Assembly: GCA_964270895.1 (NCBI GenBank)
Contig: OZ185439.1
Source of the DNA: Podarcis filfolensis
Lineage: Eukaryota
Reading direction: 5' to 3' (one strand)
DNA: 64,000 bases
Shown: piece after piece, positions 46,925 to 60,136 of the stretch
Position numbering within the stretch: the first letter of the stretch is position 1
Layout of the letters: the number at the start of each line of letters is the position of its first letter
The notes under the pieces: model-generated
Seen by the model: the letters and a program-made list of their open reading frames with translations, nothing else
Database searches by the model: none
Told to the model about the DNA's origin: nothing
Position numbers and translations under genes: made by a program

Positions 46925-49789
46925 TATATGCCTTGCCACACATCCATATAAGAGGCCTGTGAGATGGGTCATGTATTCATTTATATGTAAAATATTTCTA
47001 AGCTGCCCTCATCCAATGCATTCCAGGGCAGAGTACAAGAAACACAGAACAAAGTACATGGGAAATCAAAACACAGTACAATGATTGTGGATGGATTGGT
47101 ACATTTCCAGTCCAAGTCAGTCTTGCATGTGTTCAGTCTTGCATAAGTCCATTCCATCCTGTTTTCACATTTGAAAATGTCTTAATCCACACACACAAAA
47201 TGTGCTTTCTTATCACAAAATACAGTATTTAAATGGCTCCTATCACAACATACACATTTCTAAATGCATGCTATCCAAAATTGTACATTTCTACTTATTT
47301 TGGTGTGTGCTTATTGGCATGGGTGCTCACTAGGGAGAGGCACTGCTGTAGACCTGGACTCCCAGCGCTGATGTCACTGCTGCTTCCTGAGATGGTGTTG
47401 GGATAGAGCAGGCCAGCAGCAATGTCAGAGAAATGTAGTTGCACTAGCAGGAGATCGTTATCAACATTTTTGAAAGAAGCGATATCATTTGTGGAGAGAA
47501 CTGCAGTTTTGCCCCATGGGAAAGTTGCCAAGATGGAGTTTTTATTCAGTTCAAATGCACATCCCATCTTGTGGGCTTATTCTTGCCTGTTGAGGATAAT
47601 CTATATAGCATGTGTAATGCAAAACTGCTCATGCATTCCCCAGACTTTTCTTTTTCTTTCTCCTCTGAGAATTTCCTTCTTCTTTTAAGCACATATGAGG
47701 TTGGGCTAAATTGAGGGCAGAGACTAGCAATCTGGTCACTATTCCTACAGCAACCTGGGCATTACAAGAAAATCAGAGTCATAAAGGAAGCTGTAAAAGC
47801 AGTCATGCTGAGCAAAAAGAACTGTAATATTTTGCCCCGTGTTGCACTTGCCATTGCGCTGTTTTGAGTCTGTAACCTTGGGAGTTCTGCATGGCTGAAG
47901 GAAGCAACAGTTAAGTTAAACAAAGTTAAACAAAGGAAAATGATGTGGGAGAACCAAAATTTTCATACGACCAAGCAAAACAGGGGAGTTTTTTAAAGAA
48001 AGGATTATTTGAAGGACAAAAACCAATTGCTAACATCATAGTAAATCATTGCGGTATTTGGATATCGAGGGCGAAAATAGATATTGGCTCTCTGGAATTT
48101 CCAATGCTTTTTGTGGAGCAAAAGGTTTGCTACAAAGGTGATGGGGTAATATTTCACCCACCAACACATTCATGGGTACCATTAATTCCAGACAAGTCCT
48201 GATTAATGGAGAAGACACTAAAGATGCTGGCAGACACTACATGGAGCTCAAAGTATAACCCCTGGATTAATTTTTCAAGGATGCAGTGGGGTAAAAGCCT
48301 ACTTAGCCAGCTGCATATCTGTGACAGCAAGTAACACTAGCTTTTATGGTGGACTAGGCATCTCTGTCACTATCTCAGACAGCTCAAGGAAGGCTTATGA
48401 AATGTAGATATTAGAGTTATAAACTCTTCTAGAAAACAGCTCCCTGCTCATTGCTTTAGTAACAGATCTTCAGATCATGACAGGCCACCTTTTTTTTTTT
48501 TTTTTAGTAACTGGCACCAATGGTCCTCATTTTTATACAGATTTCTCTTCAAAAGGTTGAGTTCTCTGGCTTGCTCTTTGCCCTCTTTTTTCTCCCCCAT
48601 TTACAATTCTATGATATATATATAGTCAGGATTTCCACTACTTCAAGAGAAATGTAGCATGCAACATAGATCTATTTTAGTTGTCGAGCCAATTTATGAG
48701 TTGCAGCAGAAGCCACAGTTGATGAGACCTTCTGATATGATGCCTACTCAAGAATGTCCAGGATCCATCGTGACCAAAAGTCATCAGCTTCCAAGCTTCT
48801 ACACTTCTCCTGCAGTGTCTGAATGAACAGTCTTTCATCAGCACGATGTTTGAACATTTCACCAATCCTACAAGCCATGCATGTGATATAGATTTTCACT
48901 TCACTTCCATATAACTTGTGAATTTGGGACTTAGGGATCTACAGCTAACTAAGCTAGAGTAGATCCTGGGGGCAGTGCTTTGATTCTAAGGGCAGCTTAG
49001 CATGTGTTGTGCACCACACAGAGAGAATGTACACCCAAGGGGCAAAATTATACTTAATAATGGCAGGGAAAAGGGAGCTATGGGTTAGACAGAAGTATGA
49101 TGAATGTGAGAGTGTAACCCCACTCATTGAGCATTGGCTACAACCCTTGATGGCCAAATATGGTCCAATCTGAATATTAAGGACTGAACATAAGGTATTA
49201 TTGCTGTCACAATGTAATGTCTAGAACTACTTACCATCTGGATTGCTGTCACCACACTGTTGAGTCTCCACAATCTTTCCTGGTCTATGTTCCCTGTGAA
49301 AATAAAATTCTGATCTCAGCTTGCCCACTACATCACATGTTTTAATTCAATTATGCGATTTCCCCCATAATGTGACTCAACACTGAGTCATGTAAACACT
49401 CAACAGTGTTTACAGCTCACATTGTGACACAAATCCTATACCCATTTACCTAGAGCCGTGGGCCCCACAGGAGGGCAATTTTATTTTTAAGTGGGGCAAT
49501 TTGGAAGCTTGTTTAGACCAAGTTAATTGTCTTTTAGGCTTCCTCCATGTGAATAGGAGTTCACTTTTTGAATAATAAGAATTATATGTCACCAGGGGTG
49601 GGGGCAATTAGGTTCTTAGAGATGCTTAGGTGGGGCATGGCCAAAAAAAGGCTGACCTAGAGTAAGCTTCATTAAATTCTATGGGGCTTAAGTATAAGTA
49701 GACACGTATCAGATTGCAGTATATGTTGTGGACTAAAACATTTCCCCTTCAAGTTTTGCTTCTGCAATAAACTTAGGCTAGCCACTAAC

Positions 49790-49918
49790 TCTTAGCCCCA
49801 TGTCTGCAATATTGGATAATGCTATTGTCCTACCCTATAGGGTTGTTGTAAAGATTAGTCAGGTCATGAATACCACGTGCTTTATAAGAATGTGATTTAT
49901 ACCTATTATTTAGGTTTA
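49790..49918 (+). mobile_element. MIR/CORE-like SINE remnant
   Basis: atctgcaatattggataat...cctatagggttgttgtaaagatta resembles the MIR core. Confidence 0.45.
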
Positions 49919-51354
49919 CTTAATGCACTGATTTTATAGTAAAAGTAGCAGTTTGCTTGCAGTTGCAACATGTATGACAATGATATATGAAGCTTCCCAT
50001 TATCATTGTAATAAAGCAAACTTTCCACCCCTCCTGAGGGTGAAATGGAGGGTGTGGGGAGAGAATATAGACTGCATCCCTGCACAATTTTCAACAATAT
50101 ATATCAGGTTTACCAGCATCTCTGGCATATGTATCTGCTTGACAGCACTTAAGTGTACTTCACCTTTGTTTAGACAAGGTTATTTAATGTGGTACCTGCT
50201 TAATGCTGTACAGTAGGTTAAATGCTTAATAGTATTAGGCTATATGGATAACTCAGCTGTGTGATTTCTCAAAGCTCTCCTGACCTATTACCCTCAGCTA
50301 TAACTTAGTACCAAATGTTTAAAGATCACAGGGATATTATTCTTTAAAAGGTAGCCCGCGTTAGAACATTTTAGGCTGACAAGGGAACCTGATTCAATTG
50401 TGTCTGAAACTTAAGTTAATTGTTTCATAAAAGGGCAATATCAAGCACTTTTCTCATAAGTGTTTATAAGAATCTTGGTGCATTATGGTTTTAAGGGAAA
50501 CATTTATTCTGCAGATGACCTGACGTGATGACATGAAGTCAAGTTCCATTCCAAAGATATATTTTTAAAAATAAAATACATGATCCAAATGTGAATGTCA
50601 AATTTCCTTCACTCAGATTAGCTTTCCCTGCCTTCCCTACTTAAACATACTTATGTATTGCACAGGCCAAAATGCTTACAAAATATATCTGGATTGCATA
50701 TGGAGCTCATTTATTAATTTCCAGAAAACAATGTCACTTTTTAATACTTTTTTAAAAATTTGTCTTCTGAATGATTTTCATAAGAGACAAGGTGAAAATA
50801 AGATTTAAAAACACTGTTTTAAAATTTCAAAACATGCAGGAAGTGTATTAATGTAACAAAGACAACAAGGATACAGCAACAGATGTAATTAATGTTCAAG
50901 ACTTAGGAGAAAACTGGATTATACCAGAGCAGTCATGAAATCATACAAGGATAGAACATGCAATCAGAATGACTCATGAGGCTTAGCAACATGCCAACAG
51001 GTTGAATGTTGGTCAGAATAAGTCAGCCTTCCCCAATCTGGTGCTAGATTACTACTCCCATCAGTCAAAAACACCTGGAGGACACCGGGTTGGGGAAACT
51101 GGACATAAGTCATGACTGGATAGAAACTTCCAATGACAGTGTGGCTGCGTTCACACTGCAGTTCAATGGTTTCCTCACACTTCCCCGTTATGTTGTGCAT
51201 TATATTTGAGCTTTCACAACAGAAAAGCCACTTCCAGAAAAGGAATGGTATGTACTGGAATATAGTGTGAATTTATTGCTCATTTCCATGTTTTATGATT
51301 CCAGAAACAATCTGTTTACAAACCAGCACCAGTCCACAGACCTCCACTTGGGGT

Positions 51355-51698
51355 AGGTAAAGGTAAAGGGACCCCTGACCATTAGGTCCAGTCATGACCC
51401 ACTCTGGGGTTGTGGCGCTCATCACGCTTTATTGGCCGAGGGAGCCAGCGTACAGCTTCCGGGTCATGTGGCCAGCATGACTAAGCTGCTTCTGGCAAAC
51501 CAGAGCAGCGCACAGAAACACCGTTTACCTTCCCACTGGAGCGGTACCTATGTATCTACTTGCACTTTGAGGTGCTTTTGAACTGCTAGGTTGGCAGGAG
51601 CAGGGACCAAGCAACGAGAGCTCACCCCATCGTGGGGATTTGAACCGCCGAGCTTCTGATCAGCAAGTCCTAGGCTCTGTGGTTTAACCCACAGCGCC
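51355..51698 (-). mobile_element. Sauria SINE, lacking about 11 nt at its 5' end
   Basis: Matches the other copies; short TSD gggtag. Confidence 0.95.
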
Positions 51699-51734
51699 GG
51701 GTAGCACTGTTCTAAAGCAAGCAGTTGCAAACTA

Positions 51735-52188
51735 ATGATAATGATAATAACTGTATGTTGCCCTTCTTCCAAAGATCACAGGCCAGTCCACAACATAAAA
51801 ATACAAAATGAAAGCACAAAACACATACTGAAACAAAAATGCAAGCAAAGCAGCCCCCTGCTACAGACACGTTTAAAAGACCATAGTATGTTAGTCATCC
51901 CAACAAATGGTTGAAGAGAAGCTTTTTCATCTGACGCTTAAAGATATGTAATGAAGGTGCCAGGCGAGTCTTCTTGGAGAGAGAATTCTCTCAGGACTTT
52001 GAATTAGGCCCAGAAACTAATTGGCAGCCAGTGCAGTTGGGCCAGGATCAATGTAATATGCTCAAACTGTCTTGTCCTGCTGAGCAACCCGGCTGCCAAA
52101 TTCTGCACCAGCGGAAGTTTCCAAACCATCTTTAGAGGCAGCCCTACATATAGCACATTGCAGTAATCTAACCTAGAGAGTACCAGAG
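51735..52188 (-). mobile_element. L2 LINE 3' fragment
   Basis: gctgccaaattctgcaccagc...gcacattgcagtaatctaacctagag and an L2-type 3' terminus in reverse. Confidence 0.75.
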
Positions 52189-52360
52189 AAGACTACTTCC
52201 ATTCAATCTTCATCAACTCTTTCTAGCCTTAACAACAACAACAACATCAATCAGACAGTGCTATTAAGTTTCATAATACATGTATTTAACTTGTAGAGAT
52301 GAGGGACTTTGTAAAAGGTTGATTCTTCTTGCATGATTCTCATAGGTGTATGTGTGTGTT

Positions 52361-52496
52361 NNNNNNNNNNNNNNNNNNNNNNNNNNNNNNNNNNNNNNNN
52401 NNNNNNNNNNNNNNNNNNNNNNNNNNNNNNNNNNNNNNNNNNNNNNNNNNNNNNNNNNNNNNNNNNNNNNNNNNNNNNNNNNNNNNNNNNNNNNNN
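52361..52496. other. Assembly gap (136 N)
   Basis: N run flanked by (GT)n on the left and a G run on the right. Confidence 1.
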
Positions 52497-54214
52497 GGGG
52501 GAAATATCTCTTCGATACCCTTCGAAAAGATGGAGGTATCTTGAATGCATTAATATATGTCTAATGGGAGACCAAAAAGATTCAGGAGTCCAGTCATCTC
52601 TGAACAAGGGCACATTTGATCTACATGTAACAGGAGTACTTTACAATCTTCACACCACCAGCTCGTGTTGATAGGCAGGCGGTTTAGACTTTGAGATGGC
52701 CCTGGAGGAATTTAGCTTAACTGAATGCATCTCCTTGCCTCAGAGATGAAAAGCCACTTCCCGTCCCATATGATCTCTCTGCGGCTTTCTTGCACTGCTG
52801 TCAGCCATTTCAGTATCTCTGTCTGTCAGAGAGGCAAAGTCACATTGGTGCTGTAGGCACGGGAGAGTGTCAAACTTTTCAAAATGGCTAAAAATGTGCA
52901 AAATATACGATGTATGTGCTAAATATGTTTCAACCCTGCTGGCTGTGCAAAGGTCAGTGGCTATTCATTGTCCAAGCACCGTTTGCAAATGTTATACAGT
53001 AATTTTGTATTAATACAGCTCAGCAGGATGAGCAATATAGTTGCACTCACAAAAGCTCTCTAATTGTGATAATTCAGTACATATAGTAAGCCAGAGAAGC
53101 TCATGTATAGTCTAAGGTAAGAGTAGCCAATGTTGTGACCTCAATATTGCCATTATTTCTGACTACTGACCCAGAGTGGTTTAACAATCAATCCCTTTTC
53201 ACAGGGAACACTGAGATTTGTAGCTCTGTGAGGAGAATAGAGGCCTTCTAACAATTCTTAGCACCCTTAACAAACTGCAGCTCCCATAATTCTTTGCGGG
53301 GAGGCATTTTTTTATTATTATTTTTTACAGAGGTATCATAGCTTTTCAAAGGCATGATGTGAATGTGGCCCATGCTGTTTGGGGCTGATGAGAGCTGGAA
53401 CCCACAACAATAATAAGATGCTGAATTGGCTATCCCTGGACCAAGTTCATAATCCACTCTACTGAGAAGAAACATCGTTGTACTGGCCTGTAAGAATGTT
53501 CCAAAATCCATAGTAGACAAATACATTTATAAGGCCAACCAAATGCCCCAGACTCTTTATCAGGCTAGGTGGGAGGCAAAATGGAGGAGGCATGGGACAG
53601 AAAAGAGCTGGGACAGAAAAGAGCACCCAAAAATCTGGAGGGCCGAGTTTGCCTATGCCTGTGTTAATGTCATAAAGTTGGTGTCAGTCTTCAGATGGCG
53701 TGTGGGCAGGAGAAGCAGCAGACTACAGTAGACTCACCTAGAGTTGTACAAGTTTCAGAATACACCAAAGGATGCTTGGATAAAGAAACACATGATAGCT
53801 TTCCCCTCATTTTTGAAAATAAAAAATCTAGAGAATTGCTGGATTCTGAAGTCAGTCTCCTGCCTTAAACAGAACATACAGGTTCCTTGTGATAGAGAAC
53901 TGTACTAAAGAGAAACACCATATTTTTTATGTTGTTATCTTGTGGAGAAGAATTTCCTCTTAGTTATTTCAAATAGTCTTGCACAGTTGGCATTTAACCC
54001 ATTTCTTGCATTTTCATCCATGTTTTATTTCTCTCCCTATCTGTATGCTTTTTATTTTATCTTTCCCCGGAAAACATCAGGATAGCAGCAAAGCTTGGAT
54101 GAGTGACTACTTGGAAACCAGGTGTACAGTTTGTTGTATTGGGTTCCCTGATAAAAATGCAAGAAAACAAATCAATACATACATAATAAAAATAAAATCC
54201 AGGGTCCTTGCAAT

Positions 54215-54378
54215 CTCCCCCTGCCGCCCACCACTTTAACCCTACAATAACCCTTAGTTATAAGTTAGGGTGAGAGATAGTGACTGGTCCAAGATTTCCC
54301 AGAGTGCTTCATGGCTCAGCAGGGAACTGAACTTATGTCTCCCTATGCAAGTCCAACTCTCTAACCACTGCACCACAT
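54215..54378 (-). mobile_element. Squam3/MIR-like tRNA-derived SINE
   Basis: Minus strand begins tgtggtgcagtggttagagagttggact (A box-like) followed by the core region. Confidence 0.65.
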
Positions 54379-55448
54379 GCCTGCTTTGGTTTGTTTTTCC
54401 CATTTCATTTTGTAATCGCAGTGTTTATTTGAACCTTGTGTAATGATGAAACAAGGGGAAACAGCAATATTTTCTGTTCAAATTCATATCACTTATGCCC
54501 ACTAGTTGTTTGGCAAAGAGGCTCCTAGCTGCTTTTCTACAGACTTCTTACCACCACATCTACTTGCCCCTTGAACTTTAGACATAAATAAGAACAGAAT
54601 CTACACACTGGGGAAAGTATCCATATTAATATTTTTCGTGAGGAAGAATGATTACATTCACGTTTTGGGAAATATGCCTGGGCTTTATTATTTTTTCATA
54701 TTCATCACCAAAATAGATGAGCAGGAACCTGTTAATTAAATTTGTAATGTTTGTTACTCATCAGCTTCATCTGAGACTGACATTAGGAAGAACTGAAATG
54801 TTCATAATTAATTGGACATAGACATTATTCAGACAAAGGAATAACCTATGAAGAGGGCAGATATTCTCTGGGGCCTCTACAAGAATTCTGACCCTTTATT
54901 CTTCATTAAGTTTGCAGTCCTTGATATATGAAGGTTATATGGTTTGGACAAACCTGGCCTGCTTTTCTTTTTATCATCACATTTTCCTCATATGGGCTCT
55001 CACCTCTGACAGCATCTGGACCATTTCTTTCCGCAATAACCAAGGACTTTGGCCATTAACTGGCAGATTGCTTCTGTCTTCTGTGGGGTCAGGAGTCAAT
55101 TTCTTTCCTCTCAGAAATGCCACTCAGTGATTATCCTTAAGAACTTGGCTAAATCAATTCCAATTTAAGTTGTCTTAATTAAAAGAAGAAGAAGAGTGGG
55201 GAAAGGAGAAATTGAAAATAAAGTTAAGCATTACAGAGAATAACAGGATACTTAGTGGAGACAGTGTGAATTGATTGTAATTACTATAGCCACCTTAACC
55301 ATCATTGGTGGGGGCACTCTCCATGATCTTGAACTTTGTTTGATTTTTCAATTTCCTGCTGAGCACCCCCATTCTCTTAGCATTTATTCTTAATCATTCA
55401 TTGCTTTATTTGTGCGTGAGTTGGACTGTAAAGATGAGCCCACCTAAT

Positions 55449-55750
55449 TTTTTGTTGTTGTTCACATCCGTCTGTCTCAGGAGACAATGGAAGAATGCGT
55501 CTTCAGGGGGTAAAGTCAAAACAATGGAGAGTTGCAGTGCCTGCTGTGGCTGTAGAGACTGATATGGGAGAGACATTTTTTATTGCAGGTGGGGCAGATG
55601 AAGGCATCCAGTTGTGCTGATCCAGGAGGTCATTCCTGCTCTGGTCACTGCTGTGGACCTGACTGTTTTTCTCCAGGCACTGCAATCATCTGCAAGGAAG
55701 TCCCATACGGTGGAGTTAATGTTGCTAGCCTTCAGGTCACATATGTCCGG
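55449..55750 (-). mobile_element. RTE-clade LINE 3' fragment with (CAA)n tail and internal deletion
   Basis: Reverse complement matches 44606-44960 (gtctcctgagacagac; tgccccacctgcaataaaa). Confidence 0.8.
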
Positions 55751-57216
55751 AAGGCTGTGGACCTTCCTGGTCTATATGGGATGGAGTACAGTTGGGCTTC
55801 TGGAGAGAGAAGAATTAGGCAGATATGGGTGGACCTTTTTCTTGGCAAGTTTTGGTAATTTTTTCCATCCCACATGGTTCCCCACGTTGTTTCCTACATC
55901 CCTCCAGAGAAGCCTTTTAGGGGTGTGCCCATGACTGGTGATGGAGGAGTGCTGAGGAACTTTCCTGCTGTGAACTTATTTACCTTAGGATCCAAGCCAA
56001 CTTACTTAATGGGATAACTAGGTTACATACATAAATGATCAGTTATACAAATGAGCTGACAAGATTAGTATCAAATTCCTAGCCGCATGCTCCCTTTAGG
56101 AATAAGTAATTTGTGGAGGTCAAAACTCATAATAAACTGGATGCATTGATGGTATATATTTATATAATGGCGACAGGAAATGGATGAATCAGAAAGAACA
56201 AAGAACATAATGTAGCCTAGGGAGTCGTCCCCAGCTTTGCATAGTTGAGCAGAGATCCTGCTGGATTGCTAGCAATTATCCATTTGGAGGTGGGGTGTGT
56301 GGGCGGGAGAATCTGAAAGCCTCCATGATACCTGACAGCAAAAGAAACTTCTGCAGGGTCCTTATTTGAATTAAAATGGAATTGCTTTATCTGAAAGGAA
56401 GAGAGTTCTCGTTCTGAGCTTCCTAGCCCCAAGCACTTGCTCCATCACTACTCAGAATGATGAATGTTGCAGAATGTGAACTGTAATTGGCCACTCAGTA
56501 ACAACTCCAGCCTTACATAATATAACCTTCATAGAAACAACTCTGTTTAAATCCCAATCATAGCCTTCGAAAGGCTCATCCTTGAAACAGAACCCATGGA
56601 TGCTTGTGGAAATCACAATATCCAAGAAAAGCACTTAGATTTATCACAGTTTTAGCATTAACCTTTCAGAATTTTTAGTGGCAAAAGCAGGCCAATACTT
56701 TTACAGAATAGGTAATAGATCATATTGTATTGTGGCTATTTCATATTTTTTTACTTGTAGCTTTTATTGTTTTAAACATTGCATTATTTTACTGACGTAC
56801 TGTTTTATTAATGGTTCTGGTGTTCTGTAAACCATTTTGTGACTGTTCAGGGTAAAAAGCTGTCTATGAATATTGGAAGTAAATATTGCAATAAATATTC
56901 CAGCAGGAACCTAAGAAACAAATAGTATAGGTGGAAAAAAATTCGGTTTCTTGTATTTGAGTATGTCATTCTTTAATATAAGTTGCATTTGTGTTGTGGT
57001 TATCTTTAATTGGTTGTCTCTCACCCCCCCCCCAGTTAAGATCTTCATGGATCATGTGTACACAAGTATAATGCATGTTGTGTTTCTCTATTTTCAATTA
57101 TTCGTATTATTTTAGTATTTAAGTTATGTGTGTCATAATGCATTGCTCGAAATAAACTAAGCCACCTTCTACATCAGATTGAAATGTAACTTATTTTCAC
57201 CTGATGGCAATTACAC

Positions 57217-57953
57217 AAGAACCTTTTATTGAGGGTGAAAGAGGAGAGCGCAAAATATAGTCTGAAGCTCAACATCAAAAAAACGAAGATCATGGCCACT
57301 GGTCCCATCACCTCCTGGCAAATAGAAGGGGAAGAAATGGAGGCAGTAAGAGATTTTACTTTTTTGGGCTCCATGATCACTGCAGATGGTGACAGCAGTC
57401 ACGAAATTAAAAGACGCCTGCTCCTTGGGAGAAAGGTGATGGCAAACCTAGACAACATCTTAAAAAGCAGAGACATCACCTTGCCAACAAAGGTCCGTAT
57501 AGTAAAAGCTATGGTTTTCCCAGTAGTGATGTATGGAAGTGAGAGCTGGACCATCAAGAAGGCTGATCGCCGAAGAATTGATGCTTTTGAATTATGGTGC
57601 TGGAGGAGACTCTTGAGAGTCCCATGGACTGCAAGAAGATCAAACCTCTCCATTCTGAAGGAAATCAGCCCTGAGTGCTCACTGGAAGGACAGATCGTGA
57701 CGCTGAGGCTCCAATACTTTGGCCACCTCATGAGAAGAGAAGACTCCCTGGAAAAGACCCTGATGTTGGGAAAGATGGAGGGCACAAGGAGAAGGGGACG
57801 ACAGAGGATGAGATGGTTGGATGGTGTTCTTGAAGCTACCAGCATGAGTTTGATCAAACTGCGGGAGGCAGTGGAGGACAGAAGTGCCTGGCGTGCTCTG
57901 GTCCATGGGGTCACGAAGAGTCGGACACGACTAAACGACTAAACAAGAACAAC
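57217..57953 (+). mobile_element. BovB (RTE) LINE, 5'-truncated, uninterrupted ORF C-terminus
   Basis: 237-codon open frame 57229-57942 (LKLNIKKTKIM...FTFLGSMI...RLLLGRK...YGSESWT...FELWCWRRLLRVPW...YFGHLMRR...RGRQRMRWLD...HGVTKSRTRLND*) followed by a CAA-type tail. The ORF start is an artefact of truncation. Confidence 0.95.
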
Positions 57954-58489
57954 TACCATGGTCAATCGCAAAGAAAAAGGAATACAAAATTATTTTTGAT
58001 CAACCCAGAAACAACGCTGTTAATTAATATTACGAGGCACTTAATGGCTAGCAACATTATTACTTTTAGATATGAATCTCCTTTTTGTTTATTCTTTTTC
58101 CTTGATCCTCTTTAAGTGTTTTCGTCTATGCTGAACCAAATTATTTGAACAAGAGCAAATTCATAAACGGGTTTTCAGCAAAGCTACCTGGATAGTATTA
58201 AAAGGTAGAATAAGTTTTGTAACTTGTGGGAATTGAATAAAATAATTATATCAGGGACCCACGAAATATATATTTTATGACAGTACATTTAATCCAGCTC
58301 TGCTCTGTCCCTTTTACCACCTGTGGATCACCAAGGTGGAGATTTTATTGAATAGTTAATATTTCTGCTCCTTTACTGTATATTGGCTGGGTGATACAAG
58401 CCCCACCTTACTAATGATATATTTAAAGCTCTTGCAGGTAGAAAGTGTATAAAAACAGCCCTGTTGGATCATACCAACTATTTTGATCA

Positions 58490-58655
58490 AATATTTATCT
58501 GTTTTCTCACATAGCCGGCCTTTCTTCCTTCTGTCATGCAATCCAAGATGGCGTACTTGAGGTTCTAAGGCACTCTTCCTTCCAGGCACTGGCCAGACCC
58601 AGACCTGCTTTGCTTCACCAAGATGGTGACCTCCTGTGCCCTCAGATTCTGGGTC
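58490..58655 (-). mobile_element. 5S rRNA-derived SINE (SINE3-like) remnant
   Basis: Minus strand atcttggtgaagcaaagcaggtctgggtctggccagtgcctggaaggaagagtgcc aligns by eye (about 70%) to the 5S rRNA internal control region ATCTCGGAAGCTAAGCAGGGTCGGGCCTGGTTAGTACTTGGATGGGAGACCGCC, followed by an L2-like tail. Confidence 0.6.
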
Positions 58656-59184
58656 AGAAAAGGATCTATAACTATTAGTCAAAGAGAGTTACATTTATGT
58701 GAGTAAAAATATGTTTAAATCTTCTTGCAGGCTTTGAAATGTTTAGCTTTAAATACTGCCTGCTTTAACGGACAGCATTGCCAAATGGCAGTAAATATCA
58801 CCACAGATCTTTCCTGTTTGTCCCTATTGCCTATTAACAACTGAAGTGTTTTATTGTATTTGGCTGTAGGTCTTTGGCTCATTCTGAGGAAGCGTTACAT
58901 TTCTTTTTTTTCTAAAACAGGAGGTCTTTCTCCAAAGAGTAGAGTATTGAACACCAGGGAGTTGGTGTGATACTGACTGATCTCCTAGAATTGAGTGAAG
59001 GTTGCCAACTTGTGTCTAGTTACTAACTAGACAAGTCAGGAAGCAACTAGTTTTGTTCCCTCAGTGTGTGAGTGTGAATCTCACTCTGTGTGAATATACA
59101 TTTATATACAGCCCTCTGGATGATTACATAAATAGGGAGGCCATACATCTAGACATTACCATGATTTTAAAGGTGGAATTGGCA

Positions 59185-59247
59185 TCTGGGGGAATTTCTA
59201 AAAGGTGACACTTTGTTCTGGGGGAATTTCTAAAAGGTGACACTTTG
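59185..59247. repeat. 31-bp exact tandem duplication (period 32)
   Basis: tctgggggaatttctaaaaggtgacactttg twice, inside a decayed DNA-transposon-like tract. Confidence 0.9.
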
Positions 59248-59998
59248 ATCTTAGGCAAGTCCATCAGAAAAATCATGGTTGGGGGGAATTTTTTCCTTAA
59301 AAAAGACTCAACAATTTTGGTAGTTCCCCCAAAAAAATAAGCTTCCTAAAAAAAAAGCTCAACCCTAACTAAAAAAAACCCTCATACTTCCAAACTGGAA
59401 TATTATTATTATTTGTCTCCTAATGCATATGGATTTCTAATCATGGAACAACAATCAACCTTTACTCACAAAATGTTTCTATTAACCAAGAATCTTAAAG
59501 CACTAGTGTTATTGTAGTACAGCATTTATCTGTAGCAGGGCGCCATTCAAGAAAGGGATACACACTTTTCATCTACCTTCTGAACAAACCTGCTCGCTGT
59601 TCAGAAGCTATTCAAAATCTACTTGCAGACTTAGTTTGCTCTATGGCAGTTGTAAAATGAGTTCATTGCTGGCTAACAGGTTTGTTAAGCAGATGAAGCA
59701 AAATTATTATAAAATTGTTTAAATGTTTTTTTGAAATGACAGCGCTTTTGCCCATGCCTAGTACGGTCCACAAATGATACCAGGTCACAGCATCCTCTAG
59801 TCCAGCCTTTCTCAAGCAGCAAATCGCAAGCAGCCAGCAAGGCACTGTCCAATATGGAGGGCCCCTGATTTGTCCCATTGTCCCCCAGCTGGCTGGGGAA
59901 TTCCCCATGTGGCCAGCTGGATACATGTGCCCTGGCCAGAGTGGATGGTGGCCAAATGCAAGGGTCCACCACCATCATCCACCCACAGAAAGGGGAAA

Positions 59999-60136
59999 GT
60001 GGCCATTCTCAACCTTGTGTCCCCATACGTCGTTGCACTACAACTCCCATCATGCCTTATCACTGGTCCAGCTAGCTTGGAATGATGGGAGTTATAGTCC
60101 AACAACATCTAGGTACATAAGGTTGAGAAAAGGCTG
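59999..60136. mobile_element. Palindromic hAT-type MITE, degenerate
   Basis: ctacaactcccatcat ... atgatgggagttatag internal inverted repeat. Confidence 0.7.

Noticed and set aside
52251-52671. ORFs spanning X runs
   Set aside because: Artefacts of the N gap.
57399-57914. 171-aa minus-strand ORF
   Set aside because: Antisense shadow of the BovB ORF.
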